Shown: positions 8,353-16,181 of the stretch, in pieces | How the letters are laid out: every line of letters starts with the position of its first letter | Position numbering within the stretch: the stretch's first letter is position 1 | Assembly: GCF_007748075.1 (NCBI RefSeq) | Contig: NZ_CP036280.1 | Span: 1,710,001 to 1,742,000, forward strand | DNA: 32,000 nucleotides | Direction of reading: 5' to 3' | From: Mucisphaera calidilacus | GTDB lineage: Bacteria; Planctomycetota; Phycisphaerae; Phycisphaerales; Phycisphaeraceae | Program-made: the position numbers and the translations under genes | Notes under the pieces: generated by a model | What the model was told of the DNA's origin: nothing | What the model saw: only the letters and a program-made list of their open reading frames with translations | Database searches by the model: none

Positions 8353-8477
8353 TTTGGAGTTTCGTGAATTTTCGTGACCTTGGGCTTTTGGTTCAAGACC
8401 TTTTGTACGTGCCATGACCGGCGTAGCCGCCAATCTAATCCCTTGGATATCTTCTGATCTATCTTGAAAGGCTTGAA

Positions 8478-9752
8478 ATGAGGCTTGATGGCAAGACGAA
8501 TCATTTTGAGCGTGCGGATGGCTCGCCTCTGTTCCTGCTGGCCGATACGGCGTGGGAACTGCTTCACCGCCTGAGCCGGGCTGAGGTCAGCCACTATCTC
8601 GAAAGACGGGCCGAGCAGGGCTTCCGTGCGGTACTCACAGTCCTGCTCGCGGAGTTGGACGGGTTGAGGGTTCCGAACGCTGAGGGTCAGCTCCCGCTGG
8701 TGGATCAGGATCCGTCGCGTCTCAATGCGTCTTATTTAGAGTTTGTGGACTGGGTGCTGGAGCGGGCTGAGGCTCTGGGTCTGGTCGTGGGGTTGTTGCC
8801 GACGTGGGGGGACAAGTTTCACCTCAAGTGGGGCCCTGGCCCGGAGATCTTCACCGCGTCCACGGCGCGGGTTTTTGGTCGGGCTCTTGGCGCTCGATGG
8901 GCTGATCGTGATCTGTTCTGGGTGTTGGGTGGTGACCGGGCTCTTGAGCGTTCAGAGCACCTGCGTATCGTTCGCGCTATGGCCGAGGGCATTCGTGACG
9001 CCGGGGCGAATCAGCTCATGACCTTTCATCCCTGCGGCGGGCGGAGTTCGTCCTGCTACGTGCAGGGCGAGGCGTGGCTTGATTTCAACATGCTTCAATC
9101 GGGGCATTGCGGTCGTGACATCGCCAACTGGGACATGATCGCGCTTGACCGTGAACGTCTGCCTTCGCTTCCGGTGCTGGATGGCGAGCCGGGTTACGAG
9201 GACCACCCGGTCATGTCGCCCAGCTGGGAGCAGACCGGCGGCTGGTTCGATGACCACGACTGCCGAAAGGCGGGCTACAGGGCGGCGCTCATCGGCGCGT
9301 GCGGGCACGTCTACGGGCATCACGCGGTCTGGCAGATGTGGACGCCTGAGCGAGGCGAGGGCAAGTCGCACGTGCGCACGCCCTGGCAAGAGGCTCTGGA
9401 TCACCCGGGTGCTCGGCAGATGCGTTTTCTGAGCGAGGCGATGGAGCGATGGCCGATCCTCTGGGGTCCTGATGGCGTTCTCGATCTCGACGTTGAGGGC
9501 GTGGCCTCCGACGACCCGGGCAGGCATGGGATCGTCTCGCCCGGGGGGCGGCCGTGGCGAGTGGCTTATCTGCCGACGGAGCGCCCGCTTCGGCTCACGC
9601 TGCGCCGGTCAGCGGGTCCTGTCTGGCTCCGGTGGTTCTGTCCGAGCACGGGACGGATCGTTGATGACGGCAAACTGGCGATCGGAGCGGTGCGCGTGGT
9701 TCAGCCGCCCTGCCGTCCCGATTCGCTGATGGTCGTCGAGGACGAGGGGTGA
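8478..9752 (+). CDS. DUF4038/GH140-like glycoside hydrolase, no signal peptide
   Basis: The N-terminal block DGSPLFLLADTAWELLHRLSRAEVSHYLERRAEQGF...LLAELDGL...LLPTWGDKF matches my recollection of the DUF4038 (GH140 apiosidase family) signature. Divergent from the LacI gene. Confidence 0.75.
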   Translation: MRLDGKTNHFERADGSPLFLLADTAWELLHRLSRAEVSHYLERRAEQGFRAVLTVLLAELDGLRVPNAEGQLPLVDQDPSRLNASYLEFVDWVLERAEALGLVVGLLPTWGDKFHLKWGPGPEIFTASTARVFGRALGARWADRDLFWVLGGDRALERSEHLRIVRAMAEGIRDAGANQLMTFHPCGGRSSSCYVQGEAWLDFNMLQSGHCGRDIANWDMIALDRERLPSLPVLDGEPGYEDHPVMSPSWEQTGGWFDDHDCRKAGYRAALIGACGHVYGHHAVWQMWTPERGEGKSHVRTPWQEALDHPGARQMRFLSEAMERWPILWGPDGVLDLDVEGVASDDPGRHGIVSPGGRPWRVAYLPTERPLRLTLRRSAGPVWLRWFCPSTGRIVDDGKLAIGAVRVVQPPCRPDSLMVVEDEG

Positions 9753-11353
9753 TCCGTTGGCGACGCGAAAGCGTGCAGTTCGAGTGTGTTGAGGCTGACC
9801 TTCCCGCCCTCGGCGAAGAACGACAAGCCGCGGCGTTCAGCGGTTGGGTAGACGCGTGCCGTGATGGTGATCTCGCCATCGCTGGCGAAAAGTTCGACGC
9901 TGCCCCGGTCAACGACGACCCAGACCTGGCCCTCGCCGGGATTGGGTTTTCCGTCGCGGACGGGCGCACGAAAGAGACGCGCGAATGCCGGTGAGAAGCT
10001 GGTGAGGCCTGAGTTCCGCCTGTCCAGCGACCACGTCGATGTCTCGACGTCGTAGGCGATGACGGTGGCTTCGTCACCGGCTTCGTGGACCCGGATGCCG
10101 TATCGCTCTGCTCCTTCGGCCGCCCATGCGCAGCGGAGCGCGTAGGCGTCGGGAAGCGGCACCTCGCGGAATGGATGAACACCCGGCCGCAGGCGACGTG
10201 GGCCCTTCTGTTGAAACAGCGAGTGAGTGGTGCCGAGCAGGGGCGACTGGATCAGTCTCGGGCCGTGCTGGCTGTCGAGGAGGCTGACTTTGCGTGGGAG
10301 GGTCATGACACCCCGCCAGGGGTGTGTGGGCGCATCGTGCGCGTAGATCCAGCTATCCATCCATGCGAGCCAGATCGGCCGATCACCCGGGGCATCATTG
10401 AAGGCCTGGAGTGCGAAGAAGTCCGGGCCGTGGTCGACCCACTGTAGGCCGGTTTCCGAGCATGGGGTGAATCGCTGGCCGTCGAAGTCGCCGACGATGT
10501 ATGCGCTGCCGGGGCCGCCGGCCGGGCCGTGGCTGCCGAGGTCGAATTGAAGGATCCACGCACGCTCGCCGGTCCTGTTGATGATCGGGGCATGGAGGAG
10601 CTCGGGGCACTCCCAGTGATTCACGTCGGGGTTGCCGATCGGTCCGAACTCGGACATCAGGGTCCACGACTTGAGATTGTCTGAGGCGTAGAACTGGATG
10701 ATGTGCTGCTTTGCCTTGGCGACCAGCATGACCCATCGTTGTGTGGGTTGGTGCCAGAAGACTTTGGGGTCACGGAAGTCGGCGAGGCCGATGTCGAGGA
10801 CGGGATTGTTGTCGTACTCGGCCCAGGTCTGCCCCTCGTCGAGGCTGTATGCCAGCCGCTGATCCTGTACGCCCCGGCTGCCGTCGTGCCCCGTGTAGAT
10901 CGCGACGAGAGGTGGTTGTTCCTGGGTGCCGAGGCCGGACGTGTTGTTGCGGTCGAAGACACATGATCCGGAGAAAGCCATGACGGGCCCGCGTTCGGGG
11001 ATGGCGACCGGGTGGTGCTCCCAGCGGATGAGATCGGTGCTCGTGGCGTGCCCCCAGCTCATGTGGCCCCATGTCTTGCCCTTGGGGTTGTGCTGGTAGA
11101 AGAGGTGGTAGCGACCGTCGTGATAGATCAACCCGTTGGGGTCGTTCATCCAGTTGGCCGGCGGTGTGAAGTGAACCGCCGGGCGGTAGGGGCTGTCTGC
11201 CGCGGGGAGAGGCCTGACGCTCGATGCCTCGGGGGTGAGTGAGGGCGCGTGAGGTTCACAACCCGTGAGGAGCATCAACAGGATCATGGTGCAGCACCAT
11301 GCCGCGGTGTGGTTGCTCATGCGACGTTCCTCCGTGTCGGTGCGTGGTGTCAT
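9701..11353 (-). CDS. GH32 beta-fructofuranosidase/levanase-type enzyme, probable lipoprotein
   Basis: All three GH32 catalytic motifs are present: WMNDPNG, FRDP and WECPEL. The leader ends in the lipobox-like LLTGC. An alternative start at 11320 has GGAGG 8 nt upstream; the ATG at 11353 lies 2 nt after the upstream stop codon. Confidence 0.92.
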   Translation of the reverse strand: MTPRTDTEERRMSNHTAAWCCTMILLMLLTGCEPHAPSLTPEASSVRPLPAADSPYRPAVHFTPPANWMNDPNGLIYHDGRYHLFYQHNPKGKTWGHMSWGHATSTDLIRWEHHPVAIPERGPVMAFSGSCVFDRNNTSGLGTQEQPPLVAIYTGHDGSRGVQDQRLAYSLDEGQTWAEYDNNPVLDIGLADFRDPKVFWHQPTQRWVMLVAKAKQHIIQFYASDNLKSWTLMSEFGPIGNPDVNHWECPELLHAPIINRTGERAWILQFDLGSHGPAGGPGSAYIVGDFDGQRFTPCSETGLQWVDHGPDFFALQAFNDAPGDRPIWLAWMDSWIYAHDAPTHPWRGVMTLPRKVSLLDSQHGPRLIQSPLLGTTHSLFQQKGPRRLRPGVHPFREVPLPDAYALRCAWAAEGAERYGIRVHEAGDEATVIAYDVETSTWSLDRRNSGLTSFSPAFARLFRAPVRDGKPNPGEGQVWVVVDRGSVELFASDGEITITARVYPTAERRGLSFFAEGGKVSLNTLELHAFASPTDHPSSSTTISESGRQGG

Positions 11354-11355
11354 TA

Positions 11356-14238
11356 TCAGGGTTTCGGCTGCGCGTCGGTATCCCGCAGCAGTTTGTTGAT
11401 TGCAGCCGGATCGACGTCAACCGAGGGGCTGAACGCCTTCGAGCGCATGTAGGTGATCAGCGATCGGCGCAGCTGCCGTGCGGCGGGACGCTGGTCCAGG
11501 TCGGTGGTGAGATCGAATGAGCAGACCATCAGCCTGCCCTCGCCGACGCGAGCCTCGAAGAGCGCGGCCAGCCGTCTCGAGCGAAACCACGTGTCGATCG
11601 GGCGGACGACGGGCTCGAGATCGGGCGGCAGGTGATCGATCAGCATGGCACCCGCTCGCGCGTCGGGGTAGCCGATGAGGTCCCACCACTGCCAGTCGGT
11701 GTGATGCCTTGTCGGGAAGAATCGGAAGGCCGGGTGCTCCGGATCGAGGTGTATGCCAAGGGTGTGCGGCGGCTGGTTGTCGGTCCAGGCGGTGTTCCAG
11801 AAGACGGGCGAGAAGCCAAAGGCGACGTCGCCCTTCAAGCGTGTCGCGTCGAGTAGCAGGAGGACGGTGCCGCCGGCTTCGAGTTCCTGAATGACCGCAT
11901 CATCGAGATGATGTGTGACGATAAGGTCGTCGGGGAACGGCTGGGCATCGTGATCGGGGTAGATCCAGACGTCCCACTGATTGGCGGAGTCCGCCAGATC
12001 GACGCGCAGTGTGGCCCGGGTGGGTTGCTCGCTCGGCAGGGTGACTCTGATGTCGCCCAGGTCATGCAGCGCGCCTGCGGGGAGATCGAGCGGCCCGAAG
12101 GCACCGGACGCCAACACGATGCCTTCGGAGGTTTCCAGCGACCACGTCGCATCAACGCCGATGAGGTCAGTTGCGCCGAACTGCGCGACCTGCAGCGACG
12201 CCTCGAGAGCCTCGCCGCCGGTGTAGACACGCCTGGGCAGGCGTGCGAGTGGCGTGACCGGGCCGCAGAAGGATCGGTACTCCGATGCGGTGACGTAGGG
12301 CTTGGGGTCCCAGAAGGGGTCGAGTACGCCGACAAGCGCGGTGCCCTGACCGGGGAAGTCGTGGAGGTCGAGGAGTTGGAAGCCGCCGTAGCCCGGCGTG
12401 CGGAGCGCCGCCTCGATTTCTTCCTTGTAGCAGAGCAACTGGAGTCGGCCGGAGGACATGAGGAACCGGCGTGCCATGTGCGCCTGGCCGTTGCGTGCCA
12501 GCAGGTCGCGGAAGACTTCGAAGTTCTTCGGCTTGAGCGGCCCGGTGTACTTGCTCATCTCGTCGAAGTCGGGGAAGGCGCACCACTGGCCGATCTCGTG
12601 TGCTATGACGGGCACCTTGTGACTCTGAACGTAATCGGTGTAATCGCTGTCGGTGGATGGTGGTCTGCTGTTGATGCTGCTGTCGAGCCCCTCGCCCCAT
12701 CGCTGGATGCGCGGCTGGTAGGCGACGTGGAACTGATTCTCATCGATGAGCGGCCAGCCGGCTCCGCTGGTGTAGAGGCGACGCGGGTCCTTCTGTTTGT
12801 AGCGTTCGATCCAGGCACGCAGAAAACGACCGCCCTGCTCGGGTCCGTCCGGCTCGTTGCCTGAGGCCATCAGGACAAACGACGGGTGGTTGCCGTAGGC
12901 GTTGAGAATCCGATCGGTCTCGTCGTAGACGTACTGATCGATCGGCTGGCCGAGACCGAGTTGGGGTCCCTGGTTCACCCAGAACGGGCCTTCGACCTGA
13001 AGGTAGAGACCGAGCCTGTCCGCGGCATGGAACGCAGCACGCGGGGGGCACCACGAGTGATAGCGAACGTGGTTGAGCCCGAATGCCTTGATACGTTGGA
13101 AAACACGCTCCCATGCGGCCTCGTCCGTCGGGGCATATCCGGTGCGAGGGTAGACCTGACTATCCAGCGTGCCCCGGAGAAATACGGGTTTGCCGTTGAT
13201 GGTAAAGCGGCCGTCGTCAGCAGCGATTTCGCGCAGGCCGAAGGCTGTTACGTGGGTGTCGCGGCCGAATTCTGATTCCAGCGTGAGTATCAGTTCGTAC
13301 CGATCGGGCGTGAACTCACTCCACAACGCGGCGTCCGGCCCAAGTTCCAGGACCATCGAGTGCGTGGCCCGGCTGTTGGCGGTGATACGCGTAGCCGTGC
13401 CGGTTTCAACGCTCGATGCGGCGGGGCAGGTCGCTTCGGCGTGCAATCGCACGTCAGCAGGCTTGACCGAACTATTCGTGACGTGGACTTCAACGTGTGC
13501 CCGGCGTGCGGGCGTGTTCGGCAGCACACGGACAAGATCGATGGCGACGACAGGCCTGGCGTGCAGGGCGATCGATCCGATGGCACCGTTCCAGTTGCCC
13601 TGCGTGTGGTCAGAAACGCTGTGGGCGTTGGGGCCGACGCCGAAGGCCATCCGGTTGTCAATCCTGAGCGTCAGGGTGTGCTCGCCCGGTGCGAGGCCCT
13701 CATTGCCAACCACGCCAAGCGTGTAGGCGTGCGGTGTGCTGAGGCTCTCGCGCCGGCCCAGCGGACGCCCGTCCAGCCATGCTTCGCTGACCCAGTGCAC
13801 GCGTTCCATCACGAAGTCGACGCGTTGTCCCAGCCATGCCTGCGGGATCTCGACGACTCGCTCGTAGACGACGGGCCCGACATAGACGCGCTGCGGCTGG
13901 AGCCAGAAAGGCATCTTGAATCGTTCGGGTGACCGATAGGCGTCGTACTCGGGCCGCTGCCACTCTTTTGCGCGGATATCGGCCAGCCACGGCGAATCGA
14001 TCGTCGGCGGATCGCCGAAGCCTTGTGCCTGAATCGCGCCTGGCAGCCATGCCGTGCCGCGATCGGCGGGGTCCGCACGACTGAGGGCGTCGAGTCCCGC
14101 ATCCTTCCGGTCGAGTGCCACGCGCCATGTGCCGCTTAGTGTCACATGATTGTCGGCGTTGAGCGTCATGCACCAGCCGGCGAGCAGGGACAGGAGGATG
14201 CTGGTGAGGAACAGTCTGTTCTGCTGTTTTGGTGCCAT
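11356..14238 (-). CDS. Secreted GH2-like (clan GH-A TIM barrel) glycosidase with an N-terminal sugar-binding domain
   Basis: FGLREI...INGKPVFLRGT, NHVRYHSWCPP, ASGNEP (candidate acid/base) and IAHEIGQW (candidate nucleophile). I prefer the ATG at 14238, which gives the signal peptide MAPKQQNRLFLTSILLSLLAGWCMTLNA. The ORF-track start at 14325 is a TTG. Confidence 0.78.
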   Translation of the reverse strand: MAPKQQNRLFLTSILLSLLAGWCMTLNADNHVTLSGTWRVALDRKDAGLDALSRADPADRGTAWLPGAIQAQGFGDPPTIDSPWLADIRAKEWQRPEYDAYRSPERFKMPFWLQPQRVYVGPVVYERVVEIPQAWLGQRVDFVMERVHWVSEAWLDGRPLGRRESLSTPHAYTLGVVGNEGLAPGEHTLTLRIDNRMAFGVGPNAHSVSDHTQGNWNGAIGSIALHARPVVAIDLVRVLPNTPARRAHVEVHVTNSSVKPADVRLHAEATCPAASSVETGTATRITANSRATHSMVLELGPDAALWSEFTPDRYELILTLESEFGRDTHVTAFGLREIAADDGRFTINGKPVFLRGTLDSQVYPRTGYAPTDEAAWERVFQRIKAFGLNHVRYHSWCPPRAAFHAADRLGLYLQVEGPFWVNQGPQLGLGQPIDQYVYDETDRILNAYGNHPSFVLMASGNEPDGPEQGGRFLRAWIERYKQKDPRRLYTSGAGWPLIDENQFHVAYQPRIQRWGEGLDSSINSRPPSTDSDYTDYVQSHKVPVIAHEIGQWCAFPDFDEMSKYTGPLKPKNFEVFRDLLARNGQAHMARRFLMSSGRLQLLCYKEEIEAALRTPGYGGFQLLDLHDFPGQGTALVGVLDPFWDPKPYVTASEYRSFCGPVTPLARLPRRVYTGGEALEASLQVAQFGATDLIGVDATWSLETSEGIVLASGAFGPLDLPAGALHDLGDIRVTLPSEQPTRATLRVDLADSANQWDVWIYPDHDAQPFPDDLIVTHHLDDAVIQELEAGGTVLLLLDATRLKGDVAFGFSPVFWNTAWTDNQPPHTLGIHLDPEHPAFRFFPTRHHTDWQWWDLIGYPDARAGAMLIDHLPPDLEPVVRPIDTWFRSRRLAALFEARVGEGRLMVCSFDLTTDLDQRPAARQLRRSLITYMRSKAFSPSVDVDPAAINKLLRDTDAQPKP

Positions 14239-14328
14239 GCCTGCGTCCTGAAAGATCATCGGGGTCGCGTTGGCTAGCGTGTCTTCACGCGTGGCGGGGT
14301 TCAGCGATACCTGATGCCGTTTCAATCA

Positions 14329-14385
14329 TGCGCGAAATCACGCGCGCAGGCGGGGCGTCCCGGTGGTTTCTAGAAAGTTTCGTGA
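14329..14385. promoter_or_regulatory. Composite element upstream of the GH2-like/GH32 genes: G+C-rich dyad, perfect 10-bp palindrome and a TTTCGTGA box
   Basis: TGCGCG-AAATCACG-CGCGCA (14329..14348, 6-bp arms). TTTCTAGAAA (14367..14376, perfect palindrome). TTTCGTGA (14378..14385), identical to the boxes at 8360 and 8370. Confidence 0.35.
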
Positions 14386-14430
14386 TCCGTCGGCTGGGCG
14401 GGCGTGCCACAAGAGAATGTCTTGCAAGGA

Positions 14431-16008
14431 TCAGACGGCCTCGCGTCGCTCACGCAGCTGCGCCTGCACCTCATCCATGCGTTTACGGCTGATCGGTATC
14501 AACAGAACCAGCAGGATGGTCAGGGTGAACGTCACCACCATGGTGCAGGTAAACCAGAGCCGCATCGAGGTCAGCGTGCTGTCGCTCTGTATCGTGAGTT
14601 CCTCGTCGAAACCCGAGATGCTGAGCGTGAACCCGGTCATCAGCAGCGAGAGCGCCAGCGCCGACTTCTGGATCCAGTTGAAGACGGCCCAGTACATGCC
14701 CTCGCGGCGGTGGCCGGTCTTGAGTTCATCGAGGTCGCAGACGTCGGCGATCATCGAGTAACTCAGCACGAGGGTTGCTCCCATGCCGGGGAAGAGCAGG
14801 ACGAAGGCGAGTGTGAGCGGGTGAAGGTAGAGGTCGATGCTCCAGCCCCAGAAGCCGAGGTCGATGACCTGCCGGTAGGCGGCGATGTCGGGGCTGTAGA
14901 AGAACCAGGTCATCACGGCACCGATCAATGACACACCCATGAAGAAGGTCCACGCGCTTTTCTTTTCGATCACGCCGCTGAGGCGATTGAGCAGGAAGAC
15001 CGTCCCCAGTCCGACGAACGGGGCAAAGGTCTGGGCCCAGCTCTGAGCCAGGAAACCGTCCTGCTTGTCGCCGGCGTGCACGTGATAGATCGATATGTAG
15101 TTGCCGAGGTGGATCACCATGATGATGCCAAAGAAGGCCAGGGTGTACGCGGCGATGATGAGTACGAACGCCGGCTGTGTCAGGGTCTGGCCCAGGCCCT
15201 TTAGGAGGGGAACCTTTGACTGCTGGCGTTTCTGGTGCTGGTAAGGCTCTTTCACGAACAGTGTCGGGATCATCGAGGCGGCGAGGATGGCCAGGGCCAT
15301 AACGCCGCCGACAACCCAGGTCCCGTAGATCTCGCCGGTCTTGACCGGGTCATCGGCCCCGGCCTCCCGGGCCAGTTCAACAAAGTAGTCGGCGGTGGTG
15401 GCGTACAGGATCCAGCCGAAACAGATCCCCGATATGTAGGTGAAGGTTGTCCGGAACGACATCAGCCTGGTGCGTTCGTGGTAATCCGAGGTCAGTTCCA
15501 TCGTCAGGGCACCGTAGGGCACGGAGAAGATGGTCAGGAAGGTGTAGAAGGCCAGAGAGACCAGGATGAAGTAGAGGGCGGCCATCCAGTCGAGCGCCGT
15601 GAAGCTCAGGTCGAACCACCAGAAACTGATCCCGTGCTTCTGGTCATCTGAGAACAGCGAGGCAAGAAAGGTCGGTGGGACACAGATGAGCGCCATGCCG
15701 AGCGCGCTGAGCAAGCCGCCGACGAGCATGTAGGGCTTGCGTCTGCCCCAGCGGCCACGGGTGTTGTCTGAGATCGAGCCCATGATCGGATCGATCAGGC
15801 CGTCCCAGAGTCTGGGCAGGGCGAGCACGAGTCCGAGCAGGACGGCATCAACACCCATGACGAGGTTGTAGATGACAAAACCGAATGCCTTGGGCATGTT
15901 GATGCCAAGGTTGATGACCGCCTCACCGCTGCCGGCTGCGACCTTGGTGCCGAGTGACAGTCGCTGCTGCGTCTGGTCGTGGGAAGCGGTTGATGCGTGG
16001 GTTGTCAT
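14431..16008 (-). CDS. Glycoside-pentoside-hexuronide (GPH):cation symporter family MFS transporter
   Basis: GPH signature LWDGLIDPIMGSISDNTRGRWGRRKPYML and about 12 hydrophobic segments. I prefer the ATG at 16008 (GGAG 7 nt upstream). The 50 extra codons up to 16158 look non-coding. Confidence 0.88.
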   Translation of the reverse strand: MTTHASTASHDQTQQRLSLGTKVAAGSGEAVINLGINMPKAFGFVIYNLVMGVDAVLLGLVLALPRLWDGLIDPIMGSISDNTRGRWGRRKPYMLVGGLLSALGMALICVPPTFLASLFSDDQKHGISFWWFDLSFTALDWMAALYFILVSLAFYTFLTIFSVPYGALTMELTSDYHERTRLMSFRTTFTYISGICFGWILYATTADYFVELAREAGADDPVKTGEIYGTWVVGGVMALAILAASMIPTLFVKEPYQHQKRQQSKVPLLKGLGQTLTQPAFVLIIAAYTLAFFGIIMVIHLGNYISIYHVHAGDKQDGFLAQSWAQTFAPFVGLGTVFLLNRLSGVIEKKSAWTFFMGVSLIGAVMTWFFYSPDIAAYRQVIDLGFWGWSIDLYLHPLTLAFVLLFPGMGATLVLSYSMIADVCDLDELKTGHRREGMYWAVFNWIQKSALALSLLMTGFTLSISGFDEELTIQSDSTLTSMRLWFTCTMVVTFTLTILLVLLIPISRKRMDEVQAQLRERREAV

Positions 16009-16181
16009 GAGCACACTCCGGGGTGAAGACTGAATCAGCCACAGCTGTTGCGCGGACTCATCCCGCGCCCATGACCCCTGAGCACGTAAACACATTCGAT
16101 GCTTGCTTAGCATAACGCAGACGCGGGCGTGCGTGTGACACGGTCTGTTCTGGGCCATTCATCGGCGTGTTCATGCAGGAT

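Larger units (their letters stand above)
8254..8377. promoter_or_regulatory. Dense array of nine CGAAA/TTTCG pentamer half-sites in the divergent LacI / GH140-like control region
   Basis: CGAAA at 8257, 8264, 8281, 8326 and 8338. TTTCG at 8290, 8347, 8360 and 8370. The array includes the tandem ACGAAAC/ACGAAAT (8256..8269) and TTTCGTGA twice with a 10-bp phase (8360..8367, 8370..8377). The region is visibly more A+T-rich than its surroundings. Confidence 0.5.

Noticed and set aside
8205-8417. A 70-aa ORF (TTG start; an internal ATG at 8310 gives 36 aa) in the LacI / GH140-like spacer, Lys-rich and A+T-rich.
   Set aside because: Its start overlaps the LacI 5' end, there is no SD before either start, and its codon usage is unlike every confident gene. 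The region is better explained as a regulatory array of CGAAA/TTTCG sites.
16050-16068. Hairpin GCGCGG-ACTCATC-CCGCGC in the GH2 / GPH spacer, considered as a terminator or riboswitch.
   Set aside because: The stem is only 6 bp, neither strand has a U-tract, and I could recognise no conserved riboswitch core. It is too weak to call without comparative data.
16009-16158. A 50-codon N-terminal extension of the GPH transporter ORF.
   Set aside because: Its composition is Cys/Arg/His-rich and unlike the rest of the protein. The ATG at 16008 has GGAG 7 nt upstream and gives a normal GPH N-terminus.
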